Shown here: positions 56,488 to 64,000 of the stretch, piece after piece
How the letters are laid out: every line of letters begins with the position of its first letter
Position numbering within the stretch: the first letter of the stretch is position 1
DNA from: Podarcis melisellensis
Lineage: Eukaryota
DNA length: 64,000 nt
Direction: 5' to 3' (one strand)
Assembly: GCA_964234715.1 (NCBI GenBank)
Contig: OZ174292.1
Translations under genes and position numbers: made by a program
The notes under the pieces: generated by a model
Told to the model about the DNA's origin: nothing
Databases searched by the model: none
The model's input: the letters and a program-made list of their open reading frames with translations, nothing else

Positions 56488-56706
56488 CTACGTCCAGACT
56501 CTCCTCTTGTCCTCAAAGAGGCTTTTCAACATGTACACCTGGAGAAAAGACACCACCAGGAGCACAGTGAGATTGACAGCTGACCAGAAGTTGACTCGGC
56601 TCAGGTTGCTCTCCTGTAAATTGCGGTCTCGAGCTTCAAAGGCTCGCAGCAGGGCCTGCATCTGAATACTTCTCTCCAAGCGGCTCTTCATCGTTTCAAT
56701 AGATTC
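56488..56706 (-). CDS. TMED1: TMED1 exon 4 (coiled coil, TM helix, cytosolic tail ...[13 protein letters not shown])
   Basis: ttgtag|GAATCT..., stop TAG at 56488. The four exons total 690 nt, i.e. 229 aa plus stop. Confidence 0.96.
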   Translation of the reverse strand, partial: ESIETMKSRLERSIQMQALLRAFEARDRNLQESNLSRVNFWSAVNLTVLLVVSFLQVYMLKSLFEDKRRVWT

Positions 56707-56958
56707 CTACAATGGTGAGAACAAAGGAGAATAGATGTGTTTGGAGCAAAGATGTGTTTGGGGGCAAAGGAAACCATTGTAGCCAAATTCAAATCACATG
56801 GAGTCAGATTCTTCACCCAACAAATGATCAGACACCGTGTCTATTATTGTTAACCAATTTTTTTTTTATCGTGACCACCTGAACTCAAGCACAAGTATTT
56901 CAACATCCATTAAAAGGCCATGAAGAATCACTGTGCATTCATGTACCACAACCCCAGA

Positions 56959-57460
56959 ATCTCCCAGGACATTCTATACAATCTCCCAGGACATTCTATA
57001 CAAGATCTCAAAGTAGCTGTTTTACTACAAAGGAATTTCAGAAATAGACTGGAAAGAGAAGCTGCTGAATTGCAACTTATTACCAAACTTAAAACCATGG
57101 AGAGACCTGGTCTGAACAAAGACATTGGATTCTTATCTCATTATACATGACAAAGCCATTTTTCACCTTCTCACCCCTTGCTTTTTCCTGTAAGACCTAT
57201 TGCAGTCGTTAAGAGTCGTCAACAGGCTCATCACAGCTATCTGCCAGTCACCCATTCCCACCACCCTTCTGAGTAATACCCCTCCCCACCTTCTCACTAT
57301 ATAGAAGGGTCTGGAAACTTCTGTTTCAGTGTATCTGAAGAAGTGTGCATGCACACGAAAGCTCATACCAAGAACTAACTTAAGTTGGTCTTTAAGGTGC
57401 TACTGGAAGGAATTTTTTTTTGTTTTGACTATGGCAGACCAACAGGGCTACCTATCTGTA
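56959..57460 (+). mobile_element. 5'-truncated Penelope-like retroelement (C-terminus of GIY-YIG endonuclease plus 3' terminal region)
   Basis: ORF tail HSIQDLKVAVLLQRNFRNRLEREAAELQLITKLKTMERPGLN, typical of the Penelope endonuclease end; 14-bp direct repeat ACCACAACCCCAGA at 56945-58 and 57461-74. Confidence 0.85.
57329..57369 (+). ncRNA. Minimal type I hammerhead ribozyme inside the Penelope fragment
   Basis: GTAT-CTGAAGA-A-GTGTGCATGCACAC-GAAA-GC-TC-ATAC: both core boxes present, helix I GTAT/ATAC, palindromic helix II, palindromic AGCT helix III. Confidence 0.75.
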
Positions 57461-58144
57461 ACCACAACCCCAGAGATATTCTTGACAGATCTGTACCTTC
57501 CCTTTACGCTGACCCAAATAATTCTAAGATATTGAAAAACCTTTCCTGGCTGGATTAAAAAATTACTCCTTCTGTTGCCTTTGCACTGTTTCAAAGCAGT
57601 GAAAATGCAGGTTTGCAATGATTGCCAAAACCTATTAAGAGTAACAGCTAGTTTCATTTTCTTCTTTAACCGGAGTACTAAGCCACAAAGGCGGTAACAA
57701 GAAGACACCTGCTGTCTGCATTTCTGGTCTCAAAGTCCACGTGTACCAAAGTGCCTGGCAAGTACTGCCTCTACCAACAATGAGACCCAGAGCTGCTTAG
57801 CTTCAGCAGGGTGATTGCACATCATGTGCCTTCGGACCACACCCTGCGCACCATGAGTTGGACACAGTATTTTCCCCTGATGTGCAGCTGAGGGGGAATT
57901 TTGTTAGATATACCTATTTAAAAAAACAACAAAAACCTGGTTTAAAACAAATACTACTCAGTTAAACAAGGCAGCTTTGTAACCTTATGACTTGAAACGG
58001 GCTAGTTGACCAACTTTCACTGTTAATATTAATCAGGAGCCTTCCTTGAACCAAGTCACCCTCTGGTTTTTATCTTGGGGAGCTGAAAAGATTTCTGTCA
58101 TATAGGTAATGTTGTAAAATAAAATAAATGGGTCTTGAAACAAC

Positions 58145-58290
58145 CAGTGGCGTAGCGTGGGTTGTCAGCACCCGGGGCAAGGCAAGTAATTTGCACCCCC
58201 TAACCCGTGGATTTGCGCCCCCTAACCCTAACCCGCAGATGTTGCGCCCGGTGCAACCGGCCCCCCTGCACCCCCCACGCTACGCCACTG
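58145..58290. mobile_element. hAT MITE, 146 bp, in TMED1 intron 3
   Basis: TIRs CAGTGGCGTAGCGTGGG / CCCACGCTACGCCACTG; perfect 8-bp TSD GAAACAAC. Confidence 0.92.
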
Positions 58291-59084
58291 GAAACAACAG
58301 GGAGCTGCTTTCTGAACACAATTTCTGGAACACAGTGGAAGGGCTTTGATTAACAACTACCTCTAGTATTAACCCAAAATTACTCATGAGTCTATTTCAA
58401 ATTTATGTACCTATGTAGTCGATGGATTATTTAATTTCTATACTGCTTAATATATCAAAAATGTATCTATGTGGTGTACAAAAAACTGAAGGCACAACAG
58501 ATATTTAAAAAAAAAACGATCGCGAAACTACAGTGTTACATATAAAAACGCTACATTAATACAAAGTTACACACACAAACAGACACTAATTCACACAATT
58601 GTGTCAATTACCATGTTCACCTCTTCAGCAAAGCCTAAATGGTAGGTCTCTTAGAGGCAAAGCCACAAATGTGAACATCCTAATTTATTAAGCCACTAGC
58701 CACGTACTGACAGTAATGATGGGGAGATCCATTCCACCCATAGGACTTGGGTTGATTTGCAGGGCTTTGGCCAGCGCTTCAGAAATGCAGGCGCTCTTTC
58801 CCACCCATCCCCATCAGGCATGGGGCATTTGGAAAAGGGGAGTGAAGATCCAGGAAAGGAACTAATTGTTAGGCTCCCATTGTGGAGCATTCCTCCTGCA
58901 TCAGCTAAATACCTGGAAGCCCAGGCAGCAGCTGACCCCATCTGCTTTGTCTGGCAATGTTACTCTGTGCACAGTTGAGGAGACTGGAGCTATCCTGGTC
59001 TCTTTCCCATCGAATGCCACTGTTATTCTGCCTAACTCCACCACATCTCAGCACTAGGCATTTCTCTTCAGCCTCTTTGCCCAC

Positions 59085-59268
59085 CTTAATGTCTTCGATC
59101 TTTATGTCGAGCATCTCTTCTGGTTCGGCCACTTCTGCCCAATTGTTCAAGTCCTCATCTTCCTGGGCGCTGTCAAAGATCAGTTCAAAGAACACCAACT
59201 TCTCCGATATGGTGCTGAAGGAGTTGTCGAAGCACAGCTTGTAATCCCCTCCCTCCGTAGGCTCAATG
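59085..59268 (-). CDS. TMED1: TMED1 exon 3 ([32 protein letters not shown]...DIKIEDIK)
   Basis: tttcag|...|gtgggc, 184 nt. Confidence 0.96.
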
Positions 59269-59683
59269 CTGAAAGATACCAACAAAGAGGGTGATGACGG
59301 CAGATATATCCTGCAAAGCTGGACTAGCCAAAGTGCATTAAACAATAATAATCCGATACACAAATTCTTCATACTTTTGCTACTTGTAAAAGCACCTGGG
59401 CCATGGGCAAGCAATGGCTTTCTCATGAGTATCCCAGCGGGTATGCGCGCCTGGGGGGGGAGGGCGTGGAGGGTGAATGGAGCCTACTTCCAGCCCTCAC
59501 ATATGCTGCGGGAGTGACCCCCACTGCCCACCAGAGCCAAGCAGTGGCACAGGGCTGGCAGGGAGGTGAGGAGCAAAATGCACCCCCCAAAAAATTCACC
59601 CAGAGCCACTGCCCCTCTGGCCCTCCCCACTCAGTGCCACTGAATTATCCTTCACTCCAAAGCATAAAAGCAGCATGACTCAC

Positions 59684-59781
59684 GTGTGAACCCCATCCGA
59701 TCTCCGGTATTCATCAACCAGCAATGTGCCTGAAGGACTTTCCAAGGAGAAGTCAACGTCCAGTCCTGCTCCACCAATAAC
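59684..59781 (-). CDS. TMED1: TMED1 exon 2 ([32 protein letters not shown])
   Basis: atttag|...|gtgagt on the minus strand, 98 nt. Confidence 0.95.
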
Positions 59782-60519
59782 CTAAATGGCAACAGCAAGA
59801 GTTGTATGATGGAAAGAGCCACTATGCCCAGAAAAGCCACCAATGATACAAGAGAAGTGGCAAATGGCTACAAATCTTTATTTGAATATCAGGCAACCTG
59901 CTGGGGCTGAGCAACTTTTTAAAAACCCAGCCCACTTTGCAAGACTGTTCTGAGGGTAACTATGCTGGGCAACTAGGAAGGAAACAATAAAAACTTTGAA
60001 TTTTTAAAAATTAGTTTTCACAACATTATAAACAAACAAACACATAAGACAAGCAAACATAAATCATAGCCTTATTAAAAATTACACTTATTAACATTGT
60101 TAAGTGACTTCCTCACTTCCCCTTGGTTGAATTTCATTGCAGGTCCTTTTAACGGTTTTCCAAATCACAGTTCTTATAAAATTTAACTTAAACATTAACA
60201 TCCTTAGATCTTCACATTATGAAATTAAACATATTAATTCATCACTTAGCTTAAATAAAAGTTAAGTGAAGGAAACAATAAAAACTTGGCAAGGCAATGG
60301 CAAAGGGCTTTTAAGAGGGATCTGTCAGATACAGTGGCTGCTCAAACTGTCTCGAAAAGTTACAGGGTTTTGTTGTACTAAGTACCATTTCCCCTCCGAA
60401 GAAAAAGCATGCGAGTCATCTGGCTGCTGATAAATCCACACAGAACGCAATACTTAAAGGCTCCATGGTTCTGCTGGCTTAAAAGGCAGCCAGCTCATTC
60501 ATTCTCACCCAATTCGGAT

Positions 60520-61400
60520 CAAAGCTGGTTTGGTGGTGGCGCGGGGGGGGGGGCGTGTAGGGGAAGTGCATAAAAAAGCAGCGTTTCCTAAGAAAGTGAT
60601 CCGGATCGCGACTAACGTCCTCCTGGATGCGGAGCAAAGGGCAGCGCTGTGCGCGCACAGCCTCCGTCGCGGTAGCCAAGGGGGAACTCCACCTTCGGGG
60701 GCAGTCTACCCCCCGCTCCCCTCTGCCACCACCCCAGGGGCTGAGCAGGAAGAAGAGGGCCGGTTGCCCCCCCTCCAATCCCCATGCGCCTGGTTTTGGG
60801 GGCCGGATTGTGGACCCCTCCCCAGCCTCACCTGGTACTCCAGCTCCATGGAGCCGTTGCCCGGCGCGCCCTGGTAGAAGCACTCCCGGCGCCCGGCCGG
60901 CAGCAGGAAGGTGAACTCGGCGTCCTGCGGCGGCGGCGGGTGGGCCTGGCCGGGGACCCCTCGGGGCGCCCCCAGGAGCAGCAGCGGCAGCCCGAGCGCA
61001 AGGGCCGCGGCCGCCGCCATCGTCGGGGTCCTTCCTGGCGCCGGAAGGAGAGCGGGGCCGGGCCGCCTCCTTGGAGAGGAAGAGGCGGCCGCGCTCGGGC
61101 GGGACGCCGGCGCCGGAGGGCGCGCACAGAGCAGCTGCAGCCTCGCGCTCCGACGGGGCCCGGGGCCGCATTTTTCTTTCTCTCTCCCTTCTACTTATTC
61201 GTTATTCGATTTGTCCGTCGCTTTGTCTTGCTCAGGGCAACCCAAAGCGGCTGATCGGACAAACTCGGCGGGCAGGAAGCCGCGCGTAAAGGAGGCAGCG
61301 TGGCTCGTGTTAATCCGCTGCATGGAGCCCATCCTCTTACAAAAATATTTCCATTGCAGAATTGGTTCCCCTGACGGGCCATGGACGCAAGAGACCCGAC
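60520..61400. promoter_or_regulatory. CpG island / TMED1 promoter and 5'UTR
   Basis: Very GC- and CpG-dense segment around the TMED1 start codon, with GC boxes; contrasts with CpG-poor flanks. Confidence 0.85.
60832..61020 (-). CDS. TMED1: TMED1 exon 1 (signal peptide and start of GOLD domain, [10 protein letters not shown]...MELEYQ)
   Basis: ATG at 61020, 189 nt, donor CAG|gtgagg; p24-gamma motif [15 protein letters not shown]. Confidence 0.95.
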
Positions 61401-61479
61401 AAGGGGTCTTGTCCTCAGGCATATCCTCCAACATTGAATAGGGACGTTCTTTTCTTCCTTCCTTTCTCTTTCTTTCTTT

Positions 61480-61780
61480 GCTAATTTTTTCCCCCAGTTT
61501 TACATTTTAGAATATTCATATAAACAACCTTAAATCAATGACTTCCCTTCTTCTCTTTCCGTGGTTCAATTTACATACCATAAATCCCTGCATATTTTAC
61601 ATAAACTAACCATTCAGTATTCCATTCTTACATCCATCAAAGCTTATCTACACTGTTGAATTTATCTTGAATAATGCCAGCGTTTTTAAATGTGCACAAT
61701 TTTCACCCATATAGTCAATAAACATTTTCCAATCTTTTTTAAATGTGTGTTCTCCTTGTTCTCTTATTCTATACATTGTT
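61480..61780 (-). mobile_element. 3'-end fragment of an L1-like LINE; similar relics near 3860-4280, 43190-43580 and 59995-60270
   Basis: Peptide MYRIREQGEHTFKKDWKMFIDY resembles the C-terminus of the 45.4-kb L1 (KLRGHTDQTFTRKWDVYKKI), followed by an AT-rich 3'UTR. Confidence 0.55.
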
Positions 61781-61996
61781 GTTATAACCCAACCATCTGA
61801 CTGGCCTGCTTCAGCCATTCTATGAGCTGCTTCCAACATATATATACATAATATAATAAATATATAATATATAATAAATATATAATAAACATAATAAAAC
61901 ATTAAAACAACTTCCCTATACATGGCTGCCTTCAGATAGTTACTTATCTCCTTGGTTCCGGGTGTTAGAAGAATTCAAAGGTCTCCAATACAGAAT

Positions 61997-62330
61997 AAAG
62001 GTAAAGGTACCCCTGACCCTTAGGTCCAGTCATGGACGACTCTGGGGTTGCAGCGCTCATCTCGCTTTATTGTCCAAGGGAGCCAGCGTACAGCTGCCAG
62101 GTCATGTGGCCAGTATGACTAAGCCGCTTCTGCCAAACCAGAGCAGTGCATGGAAACGCTGTTTACCTTCCTGCCAGAGCGGTACCTATTTATCTACTTG
62201 AACTGGCATGCTTTTGAACTGCTAGGTTGGCAGGAGCTGGGACTGAACAACGGCAGCTCACCCTGTCACGGGGATTCGAACTGCCAATCTTCTGATCGGG
62301 AAGTCCTAGGCTCTGTGGTTTAATCCACAC
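61997..62330 (+). mobile_element. Sauria SINE, near full length
   Basis: aaaggtaaaggtacccctgacc...ctctggggttgcagcgctcatctcg...cgggattcgaactgcc...ggctctgtggttta. Confidence 0.88.
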
Positions 62331-62897
62331 AAATATTCATAAATGCACACATATCTAAATATATAAGCCATGTGTCTGAAATAGTACAGGAGAGCAATCC
62401 TGAAGTAATTTTGACTCTCCCAATGACCTGAAATATTCCTCTGCAGTAAGGGAGGCAAATAGGGAAAGCCTTCCCATTGTCTTTTGGCTTACAAATCCTG
62501 TCATTAATGCCACATGGGAGGTATGGTTGCGTATTCTAAACAGTGCTGGATCTCTGCCCATGGCACCCTGTTTCATTGTCATAGGGAGCACTCTGGGTTC
62601 TGCAGGGCTAGACAGGACAATAGGGAAGCTCTTACAGTAGTTACAAAGCAACCAGTGATTGTTCATTTGTTATGGCAATGGATTTGAGAGGGAAACAATA
62701 AAGTCATATTCGCAACAGGAAGTTGAAAGGTCTTGTAACTTTGGACAGATTGCAATTTCCTCCTTAGGTGGCGAAACTCCACATTAAGCAAATTGTCTTC
62801 TCTTTTTTTGTTCTTTCACATCTTGCAAGGAATTTGCAATGAACAGTTGGCTTTTTCCATCTCTGTTTACAAAAGATACAAAATGCTGCACAAAACC

Positions 62898-62931
62898 ATG
62901 GATCTGAAAATTCTCTTTCTTCTGCTAGCTG
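62898..62931 (+). CDS. Probable first coding exon (signal peptide MDLKILFLLLA-G) of the C19orf38/HIDE1 ortholog
   Basis: Strong Kozak context accATGG, hydrophobic leader, phase-1 donor G|gtatgt. The divergent position next to TMED1 matches human C19orf38, whose first exon I recall as similar (MPWTILLFAA-G). Confidence 0.6.
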
Positions 62932-63928
62932 GTATGTTTTCTGCTATTTTTTAACGCCTTCTTTTGTGCAAGGACTTTCTGACGGCTACCCCAAAGGGAG
63001 AGGGGAAAAAATGAAGGGAGGGAAAACTAACCAGGTGTTAGTTTGTACGGTAGGCAACTTACTGTCAATGTTACACTGAGATGTTGACTTTTCGAGTAGG
63101 TTTTGGCCTTACTAAACCATTGGATGGGATTCTAAGAAGACCTGTTACAAAGAGGAGGGCTGAAGGTGAGGAAATATTATTTGTTGTTAAACAGCCTGCA
63201 ATGCTCAATTAAAAATAAAAAAAAAGATTAGAAGAGGGAACGAGGCTTTGCGAAAACGCGGGTAATCACAATTGTGGCCTATATAACAAATTCATATCTG
63301 ACAAGGAAAGCGGTCATAAATAAACAAAGCAGGCTGGAATTTTTGATAGGGTTCTATAATATTCAGTTTGGGATAGTGCCCTGTTGCACACTTTCAGGAA
63401 ATTTTGTAAGGTGTGTGTGCAAGAGCACAAAACCAAACATCACCATCTCTATCATGTTTCATATGATTCTTGTTCATATATTACAGCTGATTCCTGTTTA
63501 TATAATTTTGATGATAATTTTGATGATGATGTTTTGCCCAAGCATTAATGCAAAACATCAGTACTTTTTCTTTAATTGTTAAAAAGCTTTCTAAATAACT
63601 AAAGCATTTTATAAATATTAAAAAGCCTTAGGGAAGGCTTTTCCCTAAGGCCAAAATTTGGATAGGTTCTTAAAATGACGTTAGAAGCACAAGAAGGGCA
63701 AAGTAGGTTCACTGCTCATTTCAGAAGCTGAGAAGCTTGCAAGCATAGTGTGAATTTTGCTCTGCGGCATTCGCAACGTAAGGGGAAGAAATATGAATTG
63801 GCCTCCAGGGGCCCAACAACATCATATGTAGCCAATTTTGTGGCAGAGCTGAACGGATTCTGCTGTGCAGTTACATTATAGAATGGTTAGAATCATATAC
63901 CGGTAATTGTAGAATTGGAAGGGACCCT

Positions 63929-64000
63929 AAAGGTAAAGGGACCCCTGACCGTTAGGTCCAGTCGCGGACGACTCTGGGGTTGCGGCACTCATCTCACTTT
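63929..64000 (+). mobile_element. 5' end of a Sauria SINE, cut by the window edge and abutting a minus-strand CR1 3' tail at ~63879-63928
   Basis: Nearly identical to the start of the 61997 copy. Confidence 0.85.

Noticed and set aside
60479-61441. Several long overlapping ORFs (up to 230 aa) on both strands
   Set aside because: They result from stop-codon depletion in the GC-rich CpG island; only the TMED1 exon 1 frame has recognisable homology and a splice donor.

Overview
Vertebrate genomic DNA, most likely from a squamate (lizard), because it carries Sauria SINEs and squamate-type MITEs. The window holds most of the dynamin-2 gene (DNM2, + strand): exon 2 through the last exon, with exon 1 upstream of the window. 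The exon chain was rebuilt by hand from splice sites and reading frame. It includes the mutually exclusive exons 10a/10b behind a GC donor, a 30-nt exon 12b, the 12-nt GEIL micro-exon (13bis) and a NAGNAG last acceptor. miR-199a lies antisense in the intron after the first PH-domain exon. Downstream, a complete 4-exon TMED1 (229 aa) lies convergently on the - strand with a CpG-island promoter, followed by a probable first coding exon of C19orf38/HIDE1. The introns carry many transposon relics: a 3.5-kb L1-like LINE split by a Tc1/mariner MITE, hAT MITEs with target-site duplications (TSDs), a DIRS relic, L2 and CR1 tails, and Sauria SINEs. The most notable non-obvious elements are a TSD-flanked Penelope fragment in TMED1 intron 3 with an apparently intact minimal hammerhead ribozyme, and a ~170-bp inverted repeat spanning 1.2 kb downstream of miR-199a. 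Nearly all ORFs in the supplied track are spurious or are exon read-throughs. Exon numbering follows human DNM2 from memory; no database searches were run.
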